The notes: generated by a model not told the origin, from the sequence alone. 34,014 bases of DNA from Deltaproteobacteria bacterium (GCA_030606515.1 JAUWGF010000002.1:1-34014), one strand, 5' to 3'. Counted from the stretch's first letter, positions 7,915-17,042 are shown. A program made the numbers and translations.

Positions 7915-8723
7915 CCTCTCACAATGTCTTGAACAAGTCTCAAATCATCAATGCTATCCACATCTATGGCCGCTTCAGGAAAAGGCATTATAACAGCACC
8001 TGCGATGAGCCCCATCTGGCGCGATATCCGGGCCAGACCCTCATCAAGAGACAGCCGCCCCAGCAAATACCGCAATACTGCCATCCAACCGACGGCACTG
8101 ATCATACGCCATGGCTTCTTGCGCTTGCTTTCCACCTTGCGCCAGAAGTCGGCAGCAGTGCGGGCGCGAGGCGTGAGAAAAGCAAACAGATTGCAACTAC
8201 AGTAAGCACCGTCGCGAAGTCTCGTCACGGTCCTTCTTGTTCCCGGATAGGCCGCCGCCAACAGTTCGTACCGGGCCAGACCGATGACAATGTCGCATTC
8301 TGTAGAGCGGGCACGGGAACAAAAATAATCCACCATCTGAGCGTTCAAAAGGGCGTGATCAGCGGTCGTTACTAGAACGGGTCTATCTTTCGGAAGCGAT
8401 TGCAATATGTACAAAGTACTTGAACTGGGGGTTGCCCGATTTTCCACCCATTTCACATGACCCGATGCAATGCGGTCACAAAGCTCTGCATCCTGATTCA
8501 CTGCATACCGTTGCGGGCCGCACATTATACAGGCGTCTATTTCCTTGGCAGCGTTCAAGGCATCGAGCACGCGAAGGACCATGGGCCTACCGTCCACCAA
8601 AGTCAATGCCTTGCAACAGACCCCTGTTGCCTTGGCAACAGGGTCATCAGGCGAGCGATTCGCCGCAAGGACTACGGCTGTGAAACGTGGTGTCTCTGTA
8701 TTGACATCGCTCAAGTTCCTCAT
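7911..8723 (-). CDS. MobA-like nucleotidyltransferase family protein (NTP_transf_3-like)
   Basis: 270 aa. The N-terminal blocks AVVLAANRS....KAL..VDGRPMV and TTADHALL are typical of MobA-like NTP transferases. Its start overlaps the stop of the upstream gene (ATGA at 8720-8723). Its 3' end overlaps the 7159..7914 gene by 4 nt. Confidence 0.5.
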   Translation of the reverse strand: MRNLSDVNTETPRFTAVVLAANRSPDDPVAKATGVCCKALTLVDGRPMVLRVLDALNAAKEIDACIMCGPQRYAVNQDAELCDRIASGHVKWVENRATPSSSTLYILQSLPKDRPVLVTTADHALLNAQMVDYFCSRARSTECDIVIGLARYELLAAAYPGTRRTVTRLRDGAYCSCNLFAFLTPRARTAADFWRKVESKRKKPWRMISAVGWMAVLRYLLGRLSLDEGLARISRQMGLIAGAVIMPFPEAAIDVDSIDDLRLVQDIVRG

Positions 8724-9964
8724 TTCAGTTTCTTTTGATAGATACGGTAACGTTTGTATACCTCGGCCCCCAGCGACTCCAGCATGTTTCGCATTCTCGT
8801 ATTGTCTTCAAGGATCCAGGACAGTTCCACCTCTTGTATACCGCGTTTGACCACGGCAACACGTACTGCGTCGATTATCATAAACGCGAGCACAGCACCC
8901 AACAGGCTATGCTGATAGCGTTTACGTATGCCCATAAGAACGGCCCGCCCTGTCTTGGGATAGGTTATCTTAAGACGCCATAGCAGTTTGAACCAGCCAA
9001 TAGGCAAAAGCCGTCCGTTAAGATCTCGAATGATCTCATTCAAATTTGGGAATGCGACTATCATAGCTGTCGGGATACCGTCCACTTCGGCGATTTGCAC
9101 AAAGTTTTCATCCACCAGGGACGCCAAATTACGGCCTAAATCTCTAAACTCCGACTCGGTAAAAGGGATGAAACACCAGTTTTGTGACCAGGCATCTTCA
9201 AAGATATCGCGTATGATCTGCAGATCTTTCTCCAGGCTGGATTTGCGCAATGGCCGAATGCGCACCCGCCCTGCCATCTTGCCCATGGCTTGTATAACAG
9301 CAGGTATCATAAAATCAGTGCCGAGACGATATGCCAACAGGTCTTTTTCCTTGAAATAGTCCTGTTCCTCTAACCGCTCCGCGTAGTAAGGACAGGCATG
9401 ACCCATCATGACCATGGGAGGTGTATCAAAACCTTCCACCAGAAGGCCACACTCATGGTTGATGGAAAGGTTAAACGGCCCAAGGACTCGGCGCATGCCC
9501 ATCTCGCGCAGCCAGGTCTCAGCGGCGTTCAGAAGGGACCGGAAAATTGCGGCATCGTTTTGCGCATCCAGCATCCCGAAAAAACCAGTAGCATCCTGAT
9601 AACGTTCCAGATGGAGCTCGTCCACCTGGGCACTGATGCGGCCGACGGGCTGCTTGCCCCGGTAGGCAATCCAGAAACGACAACGTGCATGCGCGAAATA
9701 AGGATTTCGGCGGGACAGATGTTGGTGCCGTTCTATCAAAAGGGGTGGTACCCATACCGGGTCGTCTGCATAGATTGACCACGGAACGCGGATGAACCTG
9801 TACAAGGCACGACGACCTGTCACAGGTACGACTCGTAACAACCCATTATTTTGTCTCTGTCTGCCAGGCGGACGTGGGATAAAAGATTTCATAGCGAATG
9901 AAAACACCGGATATATTCGTATCCATTGGGAAATTACAACATAGAGTAACCGTTCACCGTTCAT
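8720..9964 (-). CDS. GNAT-like acyl-CoA N-acyltransferase; candidate bacterial ceramide synthase (bCerS-type)
   Basis: 414-aa ORF, or 390 aa if the ATG at 9892 (MKSFIP...) is used. The blocks RFIRVPWSIYADDPVWVPPL and GFFGMLDA, and the C-terminal RAVLMGIRKRYQHSLLGAVL, fit a large GNAT-superfamily protein. The function is inferred from its divergent adjacency to the spt operon. Confidence 0.45.
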   Translation of the reverse strand: MNGERLLYVVISQWIRIYPVFSFAMKSFIPRPPGRQRQNNGLLRVVPVTGRRALYRFIRVPWSIYADDPVWVPPLLIERHQHLSRRNPYFAHARCRFWIAYRGKQPVGRISAQVDELHLERYQDATGFFGMLDAQNDAAIFRSLLNAAETWLREMGMRRVLGPFNLSINHECGLLVEGFDTPPMVMMGHACPYYAERLEEQDYFKEKDLLAYRLGTDFMIPAVIQAMGKMAGRVRIRPLRKSSLEKDLQIIRDIFEDAWSQNWCFIPFTESEFRDLGRNLASLVDENFVQIAEVDGIPTAMIVAFPNLNEIIRDLNGRLLPIGWFKLLWRLKITYPKTGRAVLMGIRKRYQHSLLGAVLAFMIIDAVRVAVVKRGIQEVELSWILEDNTRMRNMLESLGAEVYKRYRIYQKKLK

Positions 9965-10033
9965 GGTTCAATGTTCAAGGGTTAATTGCAGTGCAAGTTT
10001 ACCCTATGAATCCTAAGAACCAAATGAATTAAT

Positions 10034-10062
10034 TTGACATTCGGAAATAAATGAAATATCAA
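10034..10062 (+). promoter_or_regulatory. Sigma70-like promoter candidate for the ceramide/ulosonate gene string
   Basis: TTGACA (10034-10039), a 17-nt spacer, then TATCAA (10057-10062). It lies about 80 nt upstream of the ATG at 10145, in an AT-rich divergent intergenic region. Confidence 0.3.
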
Positions 10063-10144
10063 TAAGGCCATTTACAAAACCTATCTTTTGCTTGATAGCT
10101 GCTTGTTCGTCAATGATAAAACTGATCATTATCCAATAGAGGTT

Positions 10145-12016
10145 ATGCAGGCGACACCGACCGAAAACAATCTGCCGTTGCGGGGCGCAGATTTTTCCAC
10201 GCTGGCGGAGGCACTTGATTACGCTGCCCGGGGTAAGACCGGGTATAACTTTTATACCAGCAAAGGGAAACTTTCTGCCGTGCTTCCTTATGCACAATTG
10301 AGGGAAGAGGCACAGGTACTGGCCCTCCGTCTCCACAGCCTGGGGCTGGAACGTGGTACCCGGATGGCACTGGTGGCAGACACTCACCCTGATTTCCAGC
10401 GCTTCTTTTTTGCCTGCCAATACGCCGGCTTGGTGCCGGTCCCACTTCCCGCAATGATTTCCATGGGTAGCCGCAATAATTATGTGGCGCATTTGCGGAG
10501 GCTGCTCGTAAGTAGCCAGGCAGCGGTTGCCATGGCCCATGAAGGGTTTATCGAGTTTCTTGCCGAGGCCGCTGCAGGATTGGACCTCAGGTTTGTCGGC
10601 GCCCCTAATGCATTTGCTGATCTTCCCCAAAGCACTATCCAGCCGCTTCCCATAGGACCCATGGAGATGGCCTACATTCAATACACATCTGGAAGCACGC
10701 GCTTCCCGCGTGGGGTGATCATCTCCCAAAAAGCGATTCTGAGCAATCTGAGAGGCATTATTAGGACCGGGCTCCGGATGCGGCCCGATGATCGTTGCCT
10801 ATCCTGGCTTCCATATTACCATGATATGGGCTTTGTTGGATTCGTACTGGCCCCGCTGGCATGTCAGCGCTCTGTCGATTACTTGGGCACTCAGGCATTT
10901 GCAATGCGGCCCAGGCAGTGGTTGGCCCTGATGACCCAGAGCAGGGCCACGATCTCTTTCGGTCCACCGTTTGGTTATGAACTCTGCGCACGCCGAGTCA
11001 GGAAAAGCGATATGGACCGGTTTGACCTCAGTGCCTGGCGCGTGGCAGGAGTCGGAGCGGAAATAATCCGTCCCGACTTCCTAAAACAGTTCGCGAAAAT
11101 CTTTGCTCCCTGTGGATTCGACAAAAAGGCCTTTCTAGCTTGCTACGGCATGGCAGAATGCTCTCTCGGTGTGAGTTTTGCGTCTCTCGGCCAGGGTCTG
11201 GATGTGGACATTATAGACACCGACCATTTTGTTGCACACCAGGAGGTATTGGCTGTGGAGGACGGTTCAGAGGAAGAGCGCCCTTTGCGTACGAGCATCT
11301 TCGTTAAGTGCGGCAAACCGCTGCCAGGGTATGAAGTCGTAGTACGGGATCGGCAAGGAAGGGAATTGCCGGACAAGCGCTGCGGGATCATTTTTATTAA
11401 GGGGCCGAGTGTGATGTCCGGTTATATCGGAGATATTGATGCGACCCGGGAGGTCCTGTCCCAGGATGGCTGGCTCAATACCGGTGATATCGGTTATCGA
11501 ATCCAGGGAGATATCGTGATTACTGGACGTGAAAAGGACTTGATCATTATCAACGGCCACAATATCTGGCCTCAGGACCTGGAGTATCTGGTCGAGCAGA
11601 AGCCCGGGGTGAGGCGTGGAGATGCAATGGCCTTTTCCGTCACAGGTGCAGGAGGAAAAGAAATCGTTGTCATGGTCGTTCAGTGCCGTGAATCCGACCC
11701 AGCGAAGAAAAAATCCATGACCAAACAACTGCAGGGTTTGATCCGCCAGGGATCGGGTATTGACTGCTTCGTGGAACTGGTCCCTCCCCATACATTACCT
11801 CGCACTTCTTCCGGGAAGCCGTCTCGATCCAAAGCGCGGCAGGATTTTATCCAACGAATTGGGCAAGGCCACAAAAGTGCACAGAAACGGCCTACGACAA
11901 AACGCCCAGCAGAGTATTCCGCCTTAGATAGATATTACAAGGATAATCCGTTTGCTGATTTATTTTTTCCCGATTATCCCAAACGCATTTCTGAATCAGT
12001 GTTCATCGATAGATAG
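10145..12016 (+). CDS. Fatty acyl-AMP ligase / acyl-ACP synthetase-like adenylating enzyme
   Basis: AMP-binding core motif YIQYTSGSTRFPRGVIIS, plus GYELCA, TGDIGY and the C-terminal PRTSSGKPSR. AGAGG sits 4 nt before the ATG at 10145. The C-terminal ~70 aa form a basic extension. Confidence 0.8.
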   Translation: MQATPTENNLPLRGADFSTLAEALDYAARGKTGYNFYTSKGKLSAVLPYAQLREEAQVLALRLHSLGLERGTRMALVADTHPDFQRFFFACQYAGLVPVPLPAMISMGSRNNYVAHLRRLLVSSQAAVAMAHEGFIEFLAEAAAGLDLRFVGAPNAFADLPQSTIQPLPIGPMEMAYIQYTSGSTRFPRGVIISQKAILSNLRGIIRTGLRMRPDDRCLSWLPYYHDMGFVGFVLAPLACQRSVDYLGTQAFAMRPRQWLALMTQSRATISFGPPFGYELCARRVRKSDMDRFDLSAWRVAGVGAEIIRPDFLKQFAKIFAPCGFDKKAFLACYGMAECSLGVSFASLGQGLDVDIIDTDHFVAHQEVLAVEDGSEEERPLRTSIFVKCGKPLPGYEVVVRDRQGRELPDKRCGIIFIKGPSVMSGYIGDIDATREVLSQDGWLNTGDIGYRIQGDIVITGREKDLIIINGHNIWPQDLEYLVEQKPGVRRGDAMAFSVTGAGGKEIVVMVVQCRESDPAKKKSMTKQLQGLIRQGSGIDCFVELVPPHTLPRTSSGKPSRSKARQDFIQRIGQGHKSAQKRPTTKRPAEYSALDRYYKDNPFADLFFPDYPKRISESVFIDR

Positions 12017-12058
12017 AGGTGGTATCGTGTCCGATCCGGCGTCCACCGGAAGGTCCTT

Positions 12059-13000
12059 ATGTCTCGTGTGATTGCCTTGACGGGAGCAACCGGGTTCATA
12101 GGCGGTGTACTGGCACAGCGGCTTGAGGCCGAAGGCTGGCAAGTCAGGGCCTTAGTGCGTCTTTCCTCGGTTAAGGCCCGGCTTACCGGCATGGTCACGC
12201 AGTGGGTGATAGGGGACCTGGAGGACATGGACAGCCTACGCCGTTTGGTTTGCGGTGCAGAAGCCGTCGTGCACTGTGCAGGCGCAGTTCGTGGCGCATC
12301 CCAGGACTATTTTAATCGGGTCAATAGCGCAGGTGTAGCGAGGCTGGCCCAGGCTGCTACAGAAAACTATCCGCCACCGCGCTTTTTGATGATTTCTTCG
12401 CTGGCGGCCCGTGAACCGGACATCTCTCCGTACGCGGCCAGCAAGCGACAAGGTGAAGCCGCATTGGCGGCTACTGCAAAGGAAATGGACTGGACTGTGT
12501 TCCGGCCGCCTGCTGTGTATGGACCCGGGGACAAAGAACTGCTGCCGCTGTTGCGCTGGATAGGACGGGGTATCGCTTTGGTGCCGGGTGCTGGTCATGC
12601 CCGCCGGTTTTCATTGTTATACATAGAAGACTTGGCAGAGGCGGTGATAAGATGGTTGGAAAGCGACAGTTGTGGACAAGATGTATTCGAACTGCACGAC
12701 GATCGTAGCGGCGGATATACTTGGAGTGATGTGATCAAAACGATCGCACTGCTACGCGCCAGACCTGTCCTTCGCGTGCGGGTGCCTGTGACGGTACTTG
12801 CTACCCTGACCAAGCTGAATCTGATGACGGCCAGGATGGTAGGATATGCGCCGATGCTGACCCCTGGAAAATTACGGGAACTTATGCATCCCGACTGGGT
12901 GTGCGATAATACGCCCTTTAGCAAGGCAACCGGATGGAAACCGCAGATTCCCCTGGAAGAAGGCCTGCTGCGTACATTGGGATGGCACGACGAATCTTGA
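12059..13000 (+). CDS. NAD(P)-dependent epimerase/dehydratase-fold reductase, CerR-like (candidate ceramide/3-keto reductase)
   Basis: Rossmann motif ALTGATGFIGG at the N-terminus and a YAASK catalytic Y-x3-K. It sits between the ligase and ACP genes, as in the Caulobacter ceramide cluster. Confidence 0.65.
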   Translation: MSRVIALTGATGFIGGVLAQRLEAEGWQVRALVRLSSVKARLTGMVTQWVIGDLEDMDSLRRLVCGAEAVVHCAGAVRGASQDYFNRVNSAGVARLAQAATENYPPPRFLMISSLAAREPDISPYAASKRQGEAALAATAKEMDWTVFRPPAVYGPGDKELLPLLRWIGRGIALVPGAGHARRFSLLYIEDLAEAVIRWLESDSCGQDVFELHDDRSGGYTWSDVIKTIALLRARPVLRVRVPVTVLATLTKLNLMTARMVGYAPMLTPGKLRELMHPDWVCDNTPFSKATGWKPQIPLEEGLLRTLGWHDES

Positions 13001-13015
13001 AAGGAGCGCGAACCT

Positions 13016-13264
13016 ATGTCACAGTATGAAGACATCCTTGCACAAATCTATCCGGTTCTGCAGCAGCTCGCCCGTGACAAGCAGGAAATCAATGAAGCGA
13101 CGGATTTGGTAGCCGATCTCGGTCTTGATTCTATGGCGGTAATGGAACTTCTACCCGCTATAGAGGACTGCTTCGATATCTCCATTCCATTAAATATATT
13201 GCCAGATGTCCGTACGGTTAAGGACCTTGCTTCACAGGTCCAACAATTGATGCTGGAATCGTGA
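13016..13264 (+). CDS. Acyl carrier protein
   Basis: 82 aa with the phosphopantetheine attachment motif DLGLDSMAVMEL. AAGGAG lies upstream. The stop overlaps the spt start (TGATG). Confidence 0.85.
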   Translation: MSQYEDILAQIYPVLQQLARDKQEINEATDLVADLGLDSMAVMELLPAIEDCFDISIPLNILPDVRTVKDLASQVQQLMLES

Positions 13265-14505
13265 TGGGCATTTTCGACAAGTTCCATCGTCTCGCTACGG
13301 ATCAGCGGGCCCTGGTAGATAGTGGCGTCAATCCTTTTAACGTCGTCATCGAGCGGCTCATTTCGGCAACCGAGGCGATCGTGAACGGACGTCACACCAT
13401 CTTAGCCGGTACCAACAACTATTTGGGGCTTACTTTTGATCCGCAATGTATCGAAGCGGCAAAAAAGGCCGTTCAAGCTCAAGGGACCGGGACGACTGGA
13501 TCACGGATGGCAAACGGGACATATGCTGGTCATGCTGCGTTGGAACGTGAATTTGCAGACTTTTTCGGTTACCGTTCTGCCATCGTATTTTCTACCGGCT
13601 ACCTTGCCAATCTGGGGATGTTGTCGGTCCTGGCGGGTCGCGGTGATACGATTTTGGTAGATGCACACTGTCATGCGAGTATCTATGACGGATGCCGCAT
13701 GGGCAGTGCGGAAATCATTCGATTCCGACATAACAATGTGATTGATTTAGAGAAACGCCTACGACGGCTTGGCAAAAAGACCGCAAATACACTGATTCTG
13801 GTGGAGGGCATCTATAGTATGTTAGGCGACCGGGCCCCTCTGGCAGATATAGTAACCTTAAAGCAGAAATACGGTGCCTATCTACTGGTGGACGAGGCCC
13901 ATTCACTGGGTGTTCTTGGTGAACACGGGCGCGGGCTTCTCGAGGAAGCCGGTGTGGGAAACAGCATGGACTTTATCATAGGTACCTTTAGCAAAAGTCT
14001 GGGCGCAACCGGCGGCTTTTGTGTCAGCAACCACCCTGAATTGGATCTGATTCGCTATGCCAGCCGCCCGTATATCTTTACCGCGTCGCCTGCTCCACCG
14101 GTCATCGCCTCCACCCGGACTGCACTCAAGATACTTAAGACACACCCTGAATTGCGCCGACGGCTCTGGCGTAACGCCCGCCATTTGTATCAAGGTCTTG
14201 ACGATATGGGCTTCAGCCTGGGCCCGGAGATCAGTCCTATTGTTGCAGTCCGCTTGCCGAGTGTAAAACAGGCCCTCGTCCTCTGGGGCAATCTTTTGGA
14301 TCGCGGGGTGTATGTGAATCTGGCATTACCCCCGGCCACACCGGACAGCGCGTCCCTGGTTCGCTGTAGCGTGAGCGCAGCGCATACTCAGGAACAAATA
14401 GACTACATCTGCAAGGTCTTTTCCGATCTGAGAGAAGGTGCCATAACCCTGGATGCGCAGTCAACCGCGGTCGATAGCCCTTTGGATGTTACACCCGCAT
14501 CCTGA
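13264..14505 (+). CDS. spt: Serine palmitoyltransferase (alpha-oxoamine synthase family)
   Basis: The PLP-lysine block is GTFSKSLGATGGF. The long blocks HASIYDGC..AEIIRFRHN..DLEKRL, VEGIYSMLGD, LVDEAHS, RPYIFTAS and YVNLALPPATP closely match my recollection of Sphingomonas SPT, and fit it better than BioF or Kbl. GTG at 13261 is an alternative start. Confidence 0.85.
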   Translation: MGIFDKFHRLATDQRALVDSGVNPFNVVIERLISATEAIVNGRHTILAGTNNYLGLTFDPQCIEAAKKAVQAQGTGTTGSRMANGTYAGHAALEREFADFFGYRSAIVFSTGYLANLGMLSVLAGRGDTILVDAHCHASIYDGCRMGSAEIIRFRHNNVIDLEKRLRRLGKKTANTLILVEGIYSMLGDRAPLADIVTLKQKYGAYLLVDEAHSLGVLGEHGRGLLEEAGVGNSMDFIIGTFSKSLGATGGFCVSNHPELDLIRYASRPYIFTASPAPPVIASTRTALKILKTHPELRRRLWRNARHLYQGLDDMGFSLGPEISPIVAVRLPSVKQALVLWGNLLDRGVYVNLALPPATPDSASLVRCSVSAAHTQEQIDYICKVFSDLREGAITLDAQSTAVDSPLDVTPAS

Positions 14506-14582
14506 ATGTGAGACAGGCGGGTATTGCACGAAGAAGGGCTTATCCTGATTTTTGGAATCTTGGCAATGGCCGGACGCATAAC

Positions 14583-15647
14583 ATGAAGAAGAGAGAAGCG
14601 AGGCCCTTTTGCGAGGTCCATTTCGGCGGTCCTGATATGCCGGCATACTGCTTGCGTGACCTCCTAGCGGAACGTATCGCTGCGGTGCCGCCCGGCGGAA
14701 CCATTGATTGGGTAACATACTACTTTCGTGACCGGATGCTGGCCGAGGAATTAATCCGTGCCCACCGGCAAGGCATCAAGGTTACTGTGACACTGGAGCG
14801 TCATCCTCGAACAGCGTATGCCAATGAGAATGTAATTGGAATGTTGTCTGGCCCGAATGGCTTAGGCGAAGGGTTTCGTACCGTGTCCCTGCAGCGGGTG
14901 CCAACCTCTCCCGGGATAGTTTGGAAACCGCATTTGCATGAAAAGCTCTATTGCTTTTCCCACCCGAGGCCGATTGCCTTTATCGGTTCCTTTAACCCGT
15001 CCGGAAATGGTCCAGGGGATGATCCAGCTATCATAGCTGAAATCGGTGACCAGGATCACGGTCACAATGTCCTGGTTGGGCTTGATGACCCCAGGCTGGT
15101 TGAAAGGCTGGTTGAACATGCCCGGTGGATCCACCAGACGAAACGTATCATGTTCTATCGTTTTTCCCCGACTGCAAACAAAGCGGTGAAAGGGAAGGAC
15201 ACCGATATTTTTTTTTGGCCGCGGATACGGCCGCATCCTGTAATACGGTTTCTCTCACGGCTTGGAGCGGGCGCGCGGATACGAATTGCTGCGTCACACA
15301 TCAAAGGGGCGCCAATCGTCAAGGCCTTGATACGACTTGTCCACAGTGGCGCAATAGTAAAGATATTGGCTGAACCAACACTGAGACGGGTCCCTGTGGG
15401 GGTAGAGCGGATGCTGATTCAAGCCGGAATCCCGTTCCGGCGCGTTATTCATCCTAAGGGTCTTCCGATGCATAACAAGTTCGTGCTTGCGGAGAAGGAT
15501 GGCCGGCGCTGGGTTATTTTCGGCAGCTTTAACTGGACAACTCGATCTTATTGGCTCAATCATGAGATTGGCGCTATTTCCACCAATGATCAACTCTTTG
15601 ATGCGTTTGCCAAGCGCTGGGAGGCCTTGGCAGTTCGCAGGGATTAA
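14583..15647 (+). CDS. Phospholipase D superfamily protein with two HKD motifs
   Basis: HKD-1 is HLHEKLYCF...IGSFNPS. HKD-2 is PMHNKFVLAEKDGRRWVIFGSFNWT. No TM helix is evident. The start is ambiguous (GTG 14508, ATG 14583 or ATG 14637). Confidence 0.75.
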   Translation: MKKREARPFCEVHFGGPDMPAYCLRDLLAERIAAVPPGGTIDWVTYYFRDRMLAEELIRAHRQGIKVTVTLERHPRTAYANENVIGMLSGPNGLGEGFRTVSLQRVPTSPGIVWKPHLHEKLYCFSHPRPIAFIGSFNPSGNGPGDDPAIIAEIGDQDHGHNVLVGLDDPRLVERLVEHARWIHQTKRIMFYRFSPTANKAVKGKDTDIFFWPRIRPHPVIRFLSRLGAGARIRIAASHIKGAPIVKALIRLVHSGAIVKILAEPTLRRVPVGVERMLIQAGIPFRRVIHPKGLPMHNKFVLAEKDGRRWVIFGSFNWTTRSYWLNHEIGAISTNDQLFDAFAKRWEALAVRRD

Positions 15648-15658
15648 AAGCAGCTGTT

Positions 15659-17029
15659 ATGACTATTTCACCTTCAACCCTTATTATTCCGGTAGAGACG
15701 CAAGTCCGGGAGATGGATGCCAAACTTCTCTTGGGTTGTATTGCGGTTGAGAGCGGTTTTCCTGTCATTATAGGCTCACGGGCGTTTCTCCATTTCCGGG
15801 TAGACTCGATTCCGAGGGGCGTTTATCTTGCCAAGAGCATTCGTTCGTTAAGCATTCGTATGTTCGACATCCTGCGCAAGCTTGGTCATGAAATCGTTGC
15901 GTGCGATGAGGAAGGCCTGCTGCGTGAACCAGACCCTGAATATTACCGGTGGCGACTGTCACCTATCACTATGCGGCAAGTCTCCCACCTGATTGCGTGG
16001 GGCCCGGATGACGCGAGCACCTTTCGCAAGTATCCCGGCTATCATGGAGCGGAAATCCATATTACCGGGAATCCCCGCGTCGACTTGATACGGCCGGAAC
16101 TTCGTGAGTTTTACCGGTCAGACGCAGATGCAATTCGTGAACGGTTCGGAGACTTCGTGCTGGTCAACACAAACTTTAGCAAGGTAAACCATTTTTATCC
16201 GGAGCTCAGCGAACTTAAAAAGGCAATGGCAAAAGATGGCACCGATGCGGCGAATCGATTTGATATCGGTAAAGGTCGGCATAAACTTGCCCTTTTTAAT
16301 TACTTTCAGGAGATGCTTCCATCACTTTGTGAGTCGCTGGGTAACTCTAATGTGGTCGTCCGGCCTCACCCGGCTGAGAACCAAGGTCCATGGCATGCCA
16401 TAGCTGCACGGTGTGACAATCTGCATGTGGCAAACGATGGGAGCGTAATTCCGTGGCTGATGGCAGCACAGGCATTAATTGCGAATGGCTGTACGACCCA
16501 AGTGGAGGCTGCAGTGCTCGGCACGCCGACTGTGAACTACCAGCCAGTGAAATCAGAGATGTTCGACTTTGAATTGCCTGGTTTGGTAAGCCGGTGTGTC
16601 TTTTCACTCGATGAACTCTGCACGACGGTTCGTGCCATCGTGAAAGGAAATCTCGGGCTGCTTGATTATGCTGAGCGTCGAAAGATATTGGATCGGCACA
16701 TCGCGGGGCTTGACGGCCCTTTGGCAGCGGAACGGATTATCCAGGTCCTGGAGGCCGGAGGCTACAACAAGAGACAACCCCCGGCTACATCATTGAACGT
16801 CTATGTCCATGGCTGGATCCAAAACCACTTGCGGACAATGTCGAAACGTATCAATATGCATCGACCCGGGCATCGAAATAATCTAGCCTACCATGCCTAT
16901 CGCTTTCCAGATATTTCTGTGTCGGAAATCATGAGAAAGATAGCATGCATGGGAAGATTGCTTAATCGCTTTGAGACCATCAAGGTTACACAGGTATCTA
17001 AGCATATATTCAGGATCAGCATCAATTAA
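15659..17029 (+). CDS. Surface-carbohydrate biosynthesis protein, predicted GT-B-like transferase (paralogue 1)
   Basis: 456 aa, roughly 40% identical by eye to 24175..25569. Shared blocks include LIIP.E.QVRE.D.KLLL, ITGNPR.D, ..N.NFS.VN, RPHP.EN, NGCTT..EA, LDGPLA..RII and GHRNN. The fold assignment is a guess from the alternating pattern. Confidence 0.45.
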   Translation: MTISPSTLIIPVETQVREMDAKLLLGCIAVESGFPVIIGSRAFLHFRVDSIPRGVYLAKSIRSLSIRMFDILRKLGHEIVACDEEGLLREPDPEYYRWRLSPITMRQVSHLIAWGPDDASTFRKYPGYHGAEIHITGNPRVDLIRPELREFYRSDADAIRERFGDFVLVNTNFSKVNHFYPELSELKKAMAKDGTDAANRFDIGKGRHKLALFNYFQEMLPSLCESLGNSNVVVRPHPAENQGPWHAIAARCDNLHVANDGSVIPWLMAAQALIANGCTTQVEAAVLGTPTVNYQPVKSEMFDFELPGLVSRCVFSLDELCTTVRAIVKGNLGLLDYAERRKILDRHIAGLDGPLAAERIIQVLEAGGYNKRQPPATSLNVYVHGWIQNHLRTMSKRINMHRPGHRNNLAYHAYRFPDISVSEIMRKIACMGRLLNRFETIKVTQVSKHIFRISIN

Positions 17030-17042
17030 AGGAGATATTCTC

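Noticed and set aside
10013-10729. 238-aa minus-strand ORF overlapping the ligase gene. Similar shadows occur at 11267..11791, 12595..13035, 14862..15236, 20371..20916 and 29739..30215.
   Set aside because: All are antisense or out of frame to motif-supported CDS and show no motifs of their own.
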